Positions 29,981-42,537 of a stretch of DNA of 64,000 nt are shown here, in pieces. A program made the position numbers and the translations under genes. The DNA lies in the NCBI GenBank assembly GCA_951406725.2, contig OX597819.1, forward strand, positions 119,784,001-119,848,000, written 5' to 3'. Below the pieces are notes generated by a model, which saw only the letters and a list, made by a program, of their open reading frames with translations, made no database searches and was not told the origin of the DNA. The DNA is from Octopus vulgaris (lineage: Eukaryota). Numbering within the stretch: the first letter of the stretch is position 1; each line of letters starts with the position of its first letter.

Positions 29981-30316
29981 ACAACGCTCATTATTATATT
30001 AGGAAATTATACAACACTTTAAGACTTTATAGTATACTTGCATATATACATAATTGTACACATCGATGTAGAGCAACAGAAATTACTAACGAAAGACCGG
30101 AATTTAAGAGAAAACCAAAAGGTCTCATGATATTCATTGAAGGATTTTATTTAAGATATTCTCATTTTAAAAATCATCTCCGGTTAATCGCTGAGAGGAC
30201 GTTGGTGTTATTTTGGCGGAATTTTCCACTCTCTGAGTGCCCTTCTTATCTTTTATTATATATTTGTTTTTAATATATAAACATAAATCTTTCTTCTAAT
30301 ATATTACGCACCCTCT
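28362..30316 (+). mobile_element. decayed maT (DD37D) transposon interrupted by a HINE
   Basis: Ends CAGAGTGCGTAA and TTACGCACCCTC; transposase remnants 28482..29492 including NRRSDRWLC, IMVLEVVS, WPPNSPDFNPLDY, RIEAVV-like C-terminus. Confidence 0.82.
29550..30247 (+). mobile_element. non-autonomous Helentron-associated element (HINE/DINE-1-like)
   Basis: 5' ATTACCTCCGCC followed by its inverted partner GGCGGAG and GTTT/GTCC repeats; 3' TTGGCGGAA subTIR followed by hairpin CACTC-TCT-GAGTG and T-rich end. Confidence 0.72.
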
Positions 30317-30410
30317 CTTATACACACACGCACCTTCGTGTTGGGGGTCATCTTTACTTTGTTATCTCCCCTACTTCTTCCCTCTTGTGTGTGACCTTTC
30401 TGTCTGGCAG

Positions 30411-30594
30411 TCGCATTGATAGATCGTTAGCCACTACACACATTTTTTCTCTCCTTGTTTTTTCTGTGCCCCTTTCTGTAGAAGAGCGTAGGCTCGAAAC
30501 GTAAAAGAATTTTTCTATTCCTGAGCGTTATACTAATACATCTGTTTGTTTTGTACAATACCTGTCTTCGTCTTTTGTTTTTTTCGTAAACTCT

Positions 30595-30597
<3 letters not shown>
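30411..30597 (+). mobile_element. repeat family C with HHR-like motif (30472..30507)
   Basis: CTTT-CTGTAGA-A-GAGC-GTAG-GCTC-GAAACGTA-AAAG; 3' end AACTCTCCC abuts (TA)n. Confidence 0.75.
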
Positions 30598-30651
<54 letters not shown>

Positions 30652-31696
30652 CATGTATGTATGTATGTATCAACGTGTGTGTGTTTTAAATAAAAAAATT
30701 GTTAGGGCCGAAACGTTGCAATGTGCAATCAAATGTTACGTTTAAATGCAAAAAGCGTCGCCTAGTGTAGGGACCGAAAATACAATCTTGAGGTTATGAG
30801 TGCTACACCTTAACCACTGGACCACGCACTTTCACTGCATACACATATGTACGAACCGGTAGTGGCACTGGATTCAGAATACAATTTAAGTTTTCCTTGG
30901 ATAGTCGTTTGTAACAATGTATTCAAACTGAAACATTGTGCTTACTCTTCGGTGTCTTTTAGAATTGCTTTTCGTTCTGTCTGTTCATATGTCTGCGTGT
31001 GTGCATGTGCGTGCGTGTATTTAGATCTAGTACACCTCGGGAGACTTGATCAATAGACCGATTGAAATGGGTTGCAGAAATTTGATAGCAGGCGGTCGGC
31101 ATTTATTGTCCTGGAGATCCCGAATCTACTCTATTTCGATGTTTATCAATTTTAATCTACGACAAAATCTCTGAGCTGACCAAATTGTTACATTAGTGAC
31201 CTCCCGAATGACAAAATTGCGTTTTGTATTACTTCTGCGAGGCTGCACCTTTTATTCGCAAACTCTATTAACAATAGAAATATCCACTTACTTCTACTTA
31301 ACTCGAAATATACATAATATATAAATAAACAGCTGCAAAACTCTTTCTGATATCAGTAGTACCTATTATTGTAGAACTGTTTTCAGAACGATTCTTCGAA
31401 AAGTTGTTTTTACCTCCTAGGGAGGGTGATTTTCTTTTAAAGCACTTAACGTACAGAAAGCTAAAATAATAGTCATTCCGTTACACTGCATTTAACACAC
31501 AGGGAACCTTTCAAAAGCCAAATAAATTTTTTTTTAACAGGAATTTCTGGTGACGGGGTCGTGCTGAAAATAACACGATCAATACTTGATCAATAGCAGA
31601 ACCAAATCTTTTATATCAATTTCACAGGCATCCGTAAAAAGGCCATTCATTTGACCAGCAAACTTTCGTTTGCCAACAATGCTGTTCTTCAGGCTT

Positions 31697-31760
<64 letters not shown>

Positions 31761-32741
31761 CAATCTTCTGCTTTCCTTTATTCATTTCTTCTTCTTCCTA
31801 ATTTACAAATGATATTGATAGAACTACTACTAATATTCACAAGGTGTTGTTAAACGTTGAAGATACCATAAATGGTGCGATGTCAAGAATGGTTACGTAT
31901 AGTGAAGAAGGAATACTACCATAGACTATACATACATACATACATACATACATACATACATACATACATACATACATACATACATACATACATACAGGCA
32001 TACATACTTACAGAATTAAGGATAAAATCGCTTCACTAGTTTTATCAAGTGGCTAGTTTGAAATAAAAACCACGTAGATAACGTTTTATACTAAATTTAT
32101 AATTATATAGCAAATTAAACTAAAGGGTGCGGATGTACCACACCTATACGCTAGAAATATAATACCTTCCTGGTGATATATGGGCCGCATATCTTTTGTA
32201 AGAGGCCTTTCACATAGAGTAGTTAGACTACGGACAGTGTATTGGTTTTATCCTCCTTTCTCTTCATAATTGCAGTGGATAGTATGTTTTTAGGGCAGTT
32301 GTTGTTTAACACATTGTTACTGAGCTTGATCATATTTTTGTGGTGAGTATCATAATCGCTACTTATACTCTTTGCTCGATATTTTAGCCACTGAGCAATA
32401 CCTCTCTTTACACTGTATGGAAGGTGGGAATTGAAGTTGAGGTTTCGTCCAGTAAAGGTCCCCTTGCGGTATACGGATGTCCTGAATCCATACTTGTGTA
32501 AGTGATAGGGTGAGATTGTACTGATAGGGAAGGTGGGGTTGGTTTGTGTAGGGGTGGGGTTCCGAGGGAGGGGACGATGAAGGGAGAGGGGGAAAGAGAA
32601 TGTGAGTGGGAGTGAAGAGAAGAGAGGAAAGTAGGAGTGAGAAGAAGTAGGAGTCGGAACAAGAGAGGAGACGTGGGTGGGAGGAAGTGGGCGTGAGATG
32701 GAGAGAGAAGAAGGGAAGAGGGTTAGATGAAGAGGGGAGGA

Positions 32742-33050
32742 GAGCTGAGCCCATATGGTGAAAAGGATCGAAGAGAGAAGATTAATCCCTGTTCACGGCA
32801 AAAACGGGAGTCTGGATGGCCTCTGTGTAAGGACAATCTGAACACAGTGAGATGTTGCAAAGAGTGACTGATGGAGTGGGAATGGCGAGGGACCGGCGTG
32901 TCATTGCCGAGTTGGATGTCTCGGAGGTGTTCCGCGAACCGGTCAGCGAAGCGGCGTTCTGTTTGCCCGACGCATAGAGAAGGGCAGAGAGAGCAGGAGA
33001 TGCAGTAGATGACATTGATAGAAGTGCAGGTGAAGGAGTCGGTGATATGA
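32742..33050 (-). pseudogene. PLE GIY-YIG endonuclease fragment (second family), followed by a pyrimidine-rich 3' UTR to about 32400
   Basis: Frame absent from the ORF track: ITDSFTCTSINVIYCISCSLCPSLCVGQTERRFADRFAEHLRDI...PVPRH...REQGLIFSLRSFSPYGL. Confidence 0.85.
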
Positions 33051-33196
33051 TAGTGTCGATGTGCCGGGGATCTTTGTTACCGTTGTTATCGTTCTCTTCG
33101 GGTGGCAGTGGGGTGTTATGAACGAGTAATCTATACAGGAATTACTCATGAAATGCAGTAGCCAATTTTTCATTGTAAAATACTCTATGATGAATT

Positions 33197-34548
33197 TTGG
33201 GTTGTCCGGAAAGTTCGTTCTGATTTTTAAAGGAAAGAAAAAGGTCAATTAATACTTGCCATTATATTTTCAATCAACCAAATATCAACACCCTTCCTGT
33301 TGGCCAATTCTTGACGTTTTTCCTTGAATTGCTGCTTTTAATTCGTCCAGTTGTGTGCAGTATTTCTCAGAATTAATTGTCTGGCTACTTGGGAGAAGCT
33401 CATAGTACAGAATTCATTTCCCATCCCACCAGACACAAAGCAAAACGTTTTTAGGGGGAATACCCGCTTTTGGGGTGGCTAAGGGTGGATCATGTCGCTT
33501 ACTCTAGGATCCTTTTCTCTGAACACTTCGGTAGATAATCCATTTCTCATCACCTGTCACAATTTGCTTTAAAAAAAGCGCGTTTTCATTCCGTTTATAA
33601 AGCGAATCACAGATGGAAAGGCGATCCAAAAGGTTCTTCTCTCTCAACTCATGTGGTACCCAAACATCGTAGCGATTTGTGTACCCAAGCTTTACCAGGT
33701 GCTCATGAACGACGAATTTTGACAGGCTGAGGTTTTCTGCCAATTCTCTGGTTGTGCAATGTGGGTTATTCTCAATTAATGCCTTGATTTGGTCATCATC
33801 TGTAGTGGATGGTCTGCCTGATCGGTCTTTATAAATAAGGCTACAATTTCCAGCTCGGAACCTTGCGAACCATTTCAGTACAGTTCTTTCGGATAAAGAA
33901 ACATCACCGTAAACTGCGCATATTTCTTTGGTTGCTTGTGAAGCATTTTTCTCCATTACGGAAAAAGAAAAACATCATAGGCGCAGGAGTGGCTGTGTGG
34001 TAAGTAGCTTGCTAACCAACCACACGGTTGCGGGTTCAGTCCCACTGCGTGGCATCTTGGGCAAGTGTCTTCTGCTATAGCCCCGGGCCGACCAATGCCT
34101 TGTGAGTGGATTTGGTAGACGGAAACTGAAAGAAGCCTGTCGTATATATGTGTATATATATGTATATGTGTCTGTGTTTGTCCCCCTAGCATTGCTTGAC
34201 AACCGATGCTGGTGTGTTTGGGTCCCCGTCACTTAGCGGTTCGGCAAAAAGAGACCGATAGAATAAGTACTAAAGGTGGTGCTCCAGCATGGCCGCAGTC
34301 AAAATGACTGAAACAAGTAAAAGAGTAAAAGAGTAAGTGCCGAAAATGAACTTGCTTATCTTCCATTTTAAAGGGTTACAGAATTAACACAGGTTATAGG
34401 AACATAAACTTTCTTCCACGAAAAGATGGCTTAAACTGTGCTCTAAATGGAGGTGTCGTCAAATCCTCTTTTATGGGCTCAACCATGTTCTAAAATAAGT
34501 CGAAAGTTAAGCTACTATAAATCGGCATGTACTTTCCGGACAACCCAA
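33197..34548 (-). mobile_element. mariner (Hsmar1/cecropia-like), internally deleted and SINE-interrupted
   Basis: TIRs TTGGGTTGTCCGGAAAGT and ACTTTCCGGACAACCCAA; ATG at 34366 (MEDKQVHFRH); RSGRP, WVPHEL, IVTGDEKW; second and third catalytic residues deleted. Confidence 0.92.
33980..34336 (+). mobile_element. SINE family A nested in the mariner ORF
   Basis: Full head GGCGCAGGAGTGGCTGTGTGG and tail (AAAAGAGT)n; splits the transposase after about codon 11. Confidence 0.92.
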
Positions 34549-35215
34549 TTGTAACTAAGTGTAATTGTAAATTTACAACGAAGCATTTTGAAACATTCTT
34601 ATTTCATTTCAAATCTCATTTCACTTTATTACTCATCACCTATAGATCATATCACTATTTTTATTATATATTATTATACATTTTATTATATGCTAGCATT
34701 AAATGAACACATACCTGTTATACTTCACACCATTTCTTTAATACATTCAGTTTTTGTCACATTTCTATTTTCTCATAATCTCCTGGTATTAACAATATTA
34801 GTTATTTTGCATTCTTCTGATTTCTCACTTCCCGAAAAAAAACATATCAATTTATCACGATTCATTCTCACAATTCTACCATCTCATTGGATGAAGGAAT
34901 CCCTAAGAGTTTTCATGTTTTTACAGTAGTGAATAATGGGAGTTTTATGTTCCTACAATTTCTGCTTCTTTCCCAATATGTTCTGTCAAAGCAATTCCCA
35001 GCAAATAAACCTTGCAACGCAGTCTTTTAAATTCATTCTTAGTAAATGTCTTACACGTACACCTTGTCAATGAATTGATAGAAATTTTCCTCCGTATCTA
35101 TTCATAAACTAGAATGGTCATATGTTTCAGCCTGAAGCATTCTGTTTCATTTCATTGACGTTCATTTATCAATATCCACGTATTTGTTTCTTTACTAGAC
35201 AAACATTATTTAAAG

Positions 35216-35256
<41 letters not shown>

Positions 35257-36171
35257 ACATACAACTATTCGCCCAAGTCATTCTTTTGGCTTTGTAATAT
35301 AAAGTACTACTCTAGTACTGTATCGATGTAATCGACCCACCAATGCTCCTACTGAAAACAGCCAGCCTTTCCCCCAAATTCGGAATAATTTTTAGCTCTC
35401 TCATTATACCAGCAACAGTTAGCCTGCACGTACTTTTTTGTATGTGTCCTTTATAAATAGCTCGTATAGAAATGTGAAATGTTATCAAATACCTGGTGTT
35501 TTCCAGCTGTTTGTGGTTTCTGGCTTATCGGTTTCTTTTGATGTTACTACAGTTTGAACATTTCGTCCTTGGTGAGTTCATTTCTGTTTTTAGCGACAAA
35601 ACCAGTTTTTATTTACTGCTTATTCCATGAATCATTGTCCCTTTCTAGAATGATAGATGCTTTGAGGTTTGTTGATGATTTCTTGTGATTTAAATTTTCT
35701 TTGATTTAGAATAATTTCATTTCTTATTCTGCATTTCTTTAATAGTAAACTTTATATTTTATCTCAATTGATTTCTATATGGAGTGAGAGTTATTTTCCC
35801 TTCTTAATTTCCTACGACGTTTGCTGAGGTATAAATAATTCTATATACGAAGTTTTTGTGAAAAACACATATCCCCTTGTTATTGTTGTGGCTGCTGCTT
35901 GCACTTCTTGTTTTAATCTGGTGATATTAATGTTTACAGGCTAAATATAGTGAGCTAGTTATATTTTCGTCGTACCTCTCATTGCCACAAACTTCTTGAG
36001 CGAATAATAAGAACTTCTGTAGGGTATAATTCCTATTCCAAGTTTTTCATATTCAAAATTTCATTTATTTTTTTTTTTTGGTATTTTAATTCCTTAATTT
36101 TCTTCGTATCCACTACCCTTCTTATATTTGTTTGTATATTACTGGTTTTGTTCAGATTATTTGGTCAATAG

Positions 36172-36476
36172 TGGAGGCACATGGCCTAGTGGTTAAAGCA
36201 GCGGACTCGCGGTCGAGGTATCGTGGGTTCGAATCTCAGATCGAGCGATGTATGTGTTTATGACCGAAACACCTAATTTCCACGCACCTCCGGCAGGAGG
36301 TAGTGGCGAACTTCTGCTGACTCTTTCACCACAACTTTCTCTCACTCTTTCCTCCTGCATCTTGCAGATCACCTGGGACGGACCGGCGTCTCGTCCAGGT
36401 GGGGAAGACTATATGCCAAGGAAACCGGGAAACCGGCCCTAATGAGCCAGGCGTTGCTCGAGAAGGGACAAACAAT
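36172..36476 (+). mobile_element. tRNA(Arg)-like SINE with V-domain-like body
   Basis: TGGCCTAGTGG A box, GGTTCGAATC B box, CTCGC anticodon-like loop, CCTGGGACGGACCGGCGTCTCGTCCAGG...GAAACCGG. Confidence 0.75.
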
Positions 36477-36789
36477 TTGGTCAATAATTTTCGCGTAAAG
36501 CAAGTCAAATTTTTATGCTTCAGTGCTATATTTGGTTGGCTTGAACTAATTCTATTTTTGTGTTTTACATTCACGCTGTATTTTCTAGTTTTTATTCTCA
36601 TTATAACGTTTAGCTTCTACTGTTAGAATTTTCCTTACGTATCCCTATCCCTTATTTCGAATATTCTATTTTCCGCCTAGGTAATTATTGAGAATATAAT
36701 TTCTAATAGTAGTGACTTTGTTATGGTTGACATTCAGTTTTATAGCAACGTTTTTTCTTTCTCCAAATGTTATATGTATATATCTTCGT

Positions 36790-37860
36790 AGTCTCAAAGG
36801 CCCTATACTTAGTAATGAAAAGGCAGGCTGTGATTGTGGCTTTGAAGGTTAAGCTTGGTGATTTAGAAATTTCTCGTTTTCTGAAAGTTGCAAGATCTTT
36901 TGTCCACAAGATTCAGAGTGAGTTAGAGAAAGAAAATGGGAGCGTATTACTTGTATCAAAATGTATGAGGTATTACAAACGTTCTGATTATATTAGGACG
37001 CCTGAATTTATTCACGAAGTAAAGCAAAATATTGAAGACAATCCAGGAAAATCAATGAGGGCAATTGCAAAAGAATTTTATGTGTCAGAAAAAGAATCAG
37101 AAATGCATGAAGACGACTTATGTAAGGAAGAGAGTTTAATTCATACATAAGAAAACCGTTTAATCCGCTTCAAAATACTTTTGAACAAACGTTAAAATTC
37201 ATCAGAAGATGGTGTGATTTGGTTTTCTTCAGATGATGAAAACTTTGACCAGGACCAGAAGGCTAACAGAAGAAATGACAGATGGCTATGTCCAAACCCT
37301 TCTGATGTCACAAGAGTGATGCACACAAAATTTCCTGCAAGTGTCATGGTTTTGGGTGTTGTTATCAATGAAGTACATGTGATGCCTCCTCACTTTTTTC
37401 CACGATATTGCTGCGTATACTGAGGTTCTAGATAAAGTTGTTAAGCCTTGGATCAACAGCGTATGCAATGGAAGTATATAGGTATCTCTTTGAAAGGAAT
37501 ATTTTTTCGCAAGATTTCTTCTTGGTTTCTTATATAGAAGTGGCAAATTAAGGTATAAAGCTTCATCGTTATAGAAGATTCATACCAAATATCACATACA
37601 AAATCAGAGAAAATACACAATATAGCGAAAAGGTATTAGATATAACCGTTTTGTCTTTTAGCAAGATTCTGCACCACAGCACAAGGCTCAAATAACACAA
37701 GAATGGATTACCGACATTTTTCATGATCACATCACCCCCAGCATTTGGTCTCCTAATTCTTCACATCTTAATCCACTGGAGCATCGTTGAAAGGAATGCC
37801 AATCAACACTCCCATAGCACAAAATATTCTTTGAAAGCCGCCAAAGCTTGAGTCATGTCC
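36790..37860 (+). mobile_element. decayed maT (DD37D) transposon with an insertion at about 37480..37651
   Basis: MKRQAVIVALK..., WFSSDDENF, NRRNDRW; 37 residues between QD(SAPQH) and NPL(E/D); collinear with the 28.4-kb copy. Confidence 0.82.
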
Positions 37861-37871
37861 GATAGAACCAG

Positions 37872-38100
37872 TTAATCCGAGCTTGTAGACGATTTCCACT
37901 CCGTAGCAGTACTGGTTAGCTCCTTCATTCGGACGTAGAGCGGTCGGTGCGTGCCACCGATGTAACAGCTGTTGCATCTGGAGTATCGTACTTCGTATAC
38001 TAAATATATAAGTAGGGACGTGATAGTGTAGCGAGTTGGGAAGTTCGCCACTGTGCCGGGGCTGTTGTATGTGGGTGACAACCTCGTTGATAGGGGCGGT
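37872..38100 (-). pseudogene. PLE GIY-YIG fragment (third family)
   Basis: LVYEVRYSRCNSCYIGGTHRPLYVRMKE resembles the VY-x-C-x2-C-x3-YIG-T-R-L-R-EH pattern. Confidence 0.65.
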
Positions 38101-38322
38101 CCTCAATGGACAAGTAAGATTTCGCGACCTCCCCTGCGAATGGCCTTCTAAATGGCGGAGATGGATCTCTCATTAAAGTGGGGAATCAGGAAAAAGCAGA
38201 TATTAGACAGATCCCTCTTGTTATATTTACATGACGTGTGGAGAAACGGATGAAAAAATGTACTCAATATATTTAGTAAGAGTTGTATGTAATATTTAAA
38301 CGGTAGGATTCGTTTTCTGGTA

Positions 38323-38434
38323 ACTTAAAGTTTCTCAGGCCTCTGACAGATGTCCGTCTCTTTCAGGCTTTAGATTCAGTAGTCTAAATCCTGAAAGAGA
38401 CGAACTTCTGGTAGAGGCCTGCGAAACTTTAAGT
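38323..38434. repeat. imperfect 112-bp palindrome
   Basis: 54-bp arms with about 7 mismatches and a 4-nt centre; each arm ends outward in GAAACTTTAAGT(C/T). Confidence 0.88.
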
Positions 38435-38473
38435 CGCATGTTACCGAATCAAAATCTTTCAAATTATATATAT

Positions 38474-38680
38474 TTTTTCACATGACTGCGGCCATGTTGG
38501 AACATTAACTTAAAATGTTTTTAGTCGAACTTATTGTTTGTATGCCTAGTACTTATACTATAAATTTCTATTGCCGAACATTTAATTTGCATGAATGTAA
38601 ATACAACATCGGTTGTCATGACATGGGGAGGGGGATCAAACACAAGCACAAAGATACACACATAAGTACATACAGAAACG

Positions 38681-38711
<31 letters not shown>

Positions 38712-38878
38712 CCACACACACACGCACCCACACACACACGCACACACACATATGACTAGCATCTTTCTGTCTACCAAATTCTGTCACAAGGCATTGGTCG
38801 TCTCACTGCTATAACAGAAGAGACTTGCCGAAGGTGCCAGGCAGTGGGATTGAACCCAGAACCGTTTGGTTGGAAAAC
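38474..38878 (-). mobile_element. SINE family A, diverged, head truncated
   Basis: ATGACTGCGGCCATG...CTACCAAATT...GCAGTGGGATTGAACCC is the reverse complement of the family consensus seen in other copies. Confidence 0.8.
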
Positions 38879-39004
38879 GGTTATATCTAACACTTTTTCG
38901 CTATATTGTGTATTTCCTTTTGATTTTCTATGTGATATTGGGTATGCATTAACATATTCGGAATCTACTTTTTATAATATAGGAATATAATACCAGCAAA
39001 GAAT

Positions 39005-39055
39005 TTTGTCAGTGAACAGGTCGCGGTCTCGAAGCGACGAAAATATTTTGACAAA
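39005..39055 (+). ncRNA. type I hammerhead motif, G3:C8 core variant
   Basis: TTTGTCA-GTGAACA-G-GTCGC-(9 nt)-GCGAC-GAAA-ATAT-TT-TGACAAA; lies in a repeat (39001..39190) that recurs at 56918..57109. Confidence 0.78.
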
Positions 39056-39583
39056 TGAAATTTAAATGATGAAGTGAATCTAACGGTTTTGCGTTTTTTA
39101 AAAGGTTTATAAACACCTTCCGTGCTGCAATTGTTTTTGTTTTTAAACATGATCTCAGATCAGGTCACTTCCTATGCTAGTACAACTCCCTAAAAATAAT
39201 TATTACTATATTAAATTTATTGTTTATTTATAATTATATTAACATTAGAAATATAATGGTGCTATTTGGCCTCATGGACTTGCCATCACAACTCCCATAT
39301 TTTACATCGTGCTGGTTATTTATGTTATTCAACATCAATCTAATCTAGAAATGACAAGTGAACTCACATTATAGTATATGTTAGAGAGACTGCTGATTAT
39401 CTAAATATGGTTATAACTTCTCTTCAAACAATTACAGTTCTTTTTCAAAATCTGTTACAGAATGTAGGAGCGCGTATTTTGTCGGTACGAAAGATGGATA
39501 CATTAATGTCTAAATATACGAAACTAATATCAAATATTCTATACACCATGTGATTGAAGCTACTCTTATATCTGTTTTCATTC

Positions 39584-39815
39584 AAGGCGGCGAGTTGGCA
39601 GAAACGTTAGCACGCCGGACGAAATGCGTAGCCGTATTTCGTCTGCCGTTACATTCTGAGTTCAAATTCCGCCGAGGTCGACTTTGCCTTTCATCCTTTC
39701 GGAGTCGATAAATAAAGTACCAGTTTCGCACTGGGGTCTATGTAATCGACTTAATCCGTTTGTCTGTCCTTGTTTGTCCCCTCTATGTTTAGCCTCTTGT
39801 GCGCAGTAAAGAAAT
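39584..39815 (+). mobile_element. SINE family B (Meta/MESC-like core)
   Basis: AAGGCGGCGAGTTGGCAGAAACG...GAGTTCAAATTCC...GTCGACTTTGCCTTTCATCCTTTCGGAGTCGATAAATAAAGTACCAG. Confidence 0.9.
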
Positions 39816-40523
39816 ATATATCTGTTTTCATTCACAAATTCCCTACATGACGTGAGATATAATATTATTGTATCCACGAAACCTAAAATTCTCTGTGCAT
39901 ATAAAGAAGTGTCTGGGAAAGATCTTAGAGCTACATAAATTATGTCCCCTATTATAGGATTTCCGTTGCGTGCTCCCGGCTTGTACCAAGCAATATTTTT
40001 TCTTCAGAGAACTAGACCGAACGAAAAGTAGTGCTATCTCTCACAACGCATACTTTCCATTAGATCTACGTTGGTTTTATATTTAGCGTATAAAGTTTGA
40101 AATGCAGAAAAATATATAAATTAAAACAAAACGTAGAATTTTCTTAAGTAACAAAATATACATTATGCAACCCAAGAGCTTTATGCATCACTGAAACCAG
40201 TAAAAATTCAGGTTTAGACTTATGTATACATTACAATAAAAATATATATGCAAATATAGTTACGTACAAAAAAAACTATTGCAAGTTAAATCATTTATGT
40301 TTAATAAAAACGTAAAAAAAAATGTTTTCGTATATCCGGCTCCCGGACAAATTTGGCCGCATCTGCTTGTTACACAAAGCAGAATATAAAATAACAATGG
40401 CATAGCATATATATGTACTTTCGTATGATTTGTTATGAGTTTTCTCTGAATGATTTTATCATGCCATGACGGCTTACACTTTTCATGTACAAATAGATTC
40501 TGCATTTTATATTTCATTGTTTT

Positions 40524-40590
<67 letters not shown>

Positions 40591-40859
40591 CTCTGTATGC
40601 GTGAGTGTGTGTGTGCGTTCTTGTGTGCCTCCGTGTGTTTTCATTATTTGTTCTATAGTTTATTCCATTTTTATATCTAGGATATTATTGACTCCAATAA
40701 ATTTGCATACAATATTTCATTTATCTCGCTTTATGTACACCATCTTGGTTTACGTTTTCAAACATCATACTGCTATTTGAGTGGAATGTTTATAACACGG
40801 CCGCATTCTAGGTGTGGAATACTTCCCTTTAAGTTTATTTCTATTATTACTTTGCTAAT

Positions 40860-41258
40860 AGGAGTGGCTGTGTGGTAAGTGGCTTCCTTACCAACCAAAT
40901 GGTTCCGGGTTCAGTCCCACTGCGTAGCACCTTGGGAAAGTGTCTTCTACTATAGCCTCGGGGCGACCAAAGCCTTGTGAGAGAATTTGGTAGACGGAAA
41001 CTGAAAGAAGCCCGTCGTATATATGTATGTATATATGTGTGTGTGTGTGTGTGTGTGTTTGTGCGTCTGTGTTTGTCCCATCAACATCGCTTGACAGCCG
41101 ATGATGTTGTGTTTATGTCCCCGTAACGAAGCGATTCGGTAAAAGAGACCGATAGAATAAGTACTAGGCTTCCAAAGAATAAGTCCTGGGGTCGATTTGC
41201 TCGACTAAAGGTGTTTCTCCGGCATGGTCACAATCAAATGAGTGAAAGAAAAGAGTAA
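40860..41258 (+). mobile_element. SINE family A
   Basis: Nearly full-length match to the other copies. Confidence 0.92.
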
Positions 41259-41430
41259 AGGTGGCGAGCTGGCAGAATCTTTAGCTCGCCGGAGAATATG
41301 CTGACTAGCATTTCATCCGCTTTTACATTCTGTGTTCAAATTCCACCGAGGTCGACTTTGCTTTTCACTTTTTGGGGGTCGATAACCTAAGTACCAGTTA
41401 TGCACTGAAGTCTATCTAATCGACTTACAC
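41258..41430 (+). mobile_element. SINE family B abutting the SINE A tail
   Basis: AAGGTGGCGAGCTGGCAGAATC...GAGGTCGACTTTGCTTTTCAC...AAGTACCAGTT. Confidence 0.82.
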
Positions 41431-42485
41431 TTCACCTAGAATTACTGATCTTCTGCGAATGACTGAAGCCATTATTATTTTGGTTATACTGCAGCATGAA
41501 ATAATCATATTCTTTAGTAATTAAAATTTTGATTAGTTATTCTTTTTTGATATCTGAGTTGAAATAGTTTAGCATTATTAGTAAATATTTACATAGAGAT
41601 TATTGTTACTGGATTATATTAAATGTTGTATGTTTTCTGTAGTATAACCAATCGTATGTGTCTTGCGGATGATAGTTTTGATTATGTCTATAAACACTAT
41701 TTTTGCGTTTTGCAAGCCAAGATATGAAATTATTTCTACGATTTCCGGATACACACTATAATATGAAGCTCATGTATAAAACCAAAGCGTGAATTTAAGC
41801 CTCATATAATTTTTGCTATGAACCGATCAATAATATCTTTCATATAGTTACCCACTACCTACTCAAAAATTAGTATAAAATCAGACATATTTTCACCGCG
41901 CAGTTTCTATTTTACATCATTCGGAGGTCATTCCCCAGATATTGCATTAATTCATTGTCATTTTAATAGGAATATTTTTATATGCTGGTTACTGATAACA
42001 TTAAAAAAATTATCCTTTATTATTATAATTGAAATATTTCTATTCACTTCGGCCTAGCCACTTATGTGCTATTACGAACGAATAAACATGGGCTAAGTTA
42101 AGCTTCGAATTTCGTTGTTGGATGTATTTGTGGTATTTATATGTTTGCTCTTCCGTGGGTATGTATAAATATGTCATTTATTTCCCATTAGTAAGCGCTG
42201 CTGACAAGGAAAAGCCTATTGGGTAAATCTAGAAATTGATCAATCCGGAGTTATCTATATTCTTATTAATATCCGTTTGCAAGCTCCCTCGATTTCAACA
42301 CGTATGTAACTTTCCGAAGTTTTTAATGTGGTTGGACATTTTAGCGTCTATTTTCAGCATATAGGCTAGTATTTCTTTTATGCCCTTTCTTATAATTATA
42401 TACATGATTTCACCTTCATAGGTCTATTTTTATATGCTGACCACTGACAAATTTTTTTTCAAAGTTTTATCCTTTATTATAAGAA

Positions 42486-42524
<39 letters not shown>

Positions 42525-42537
42525 TATATATATTATA

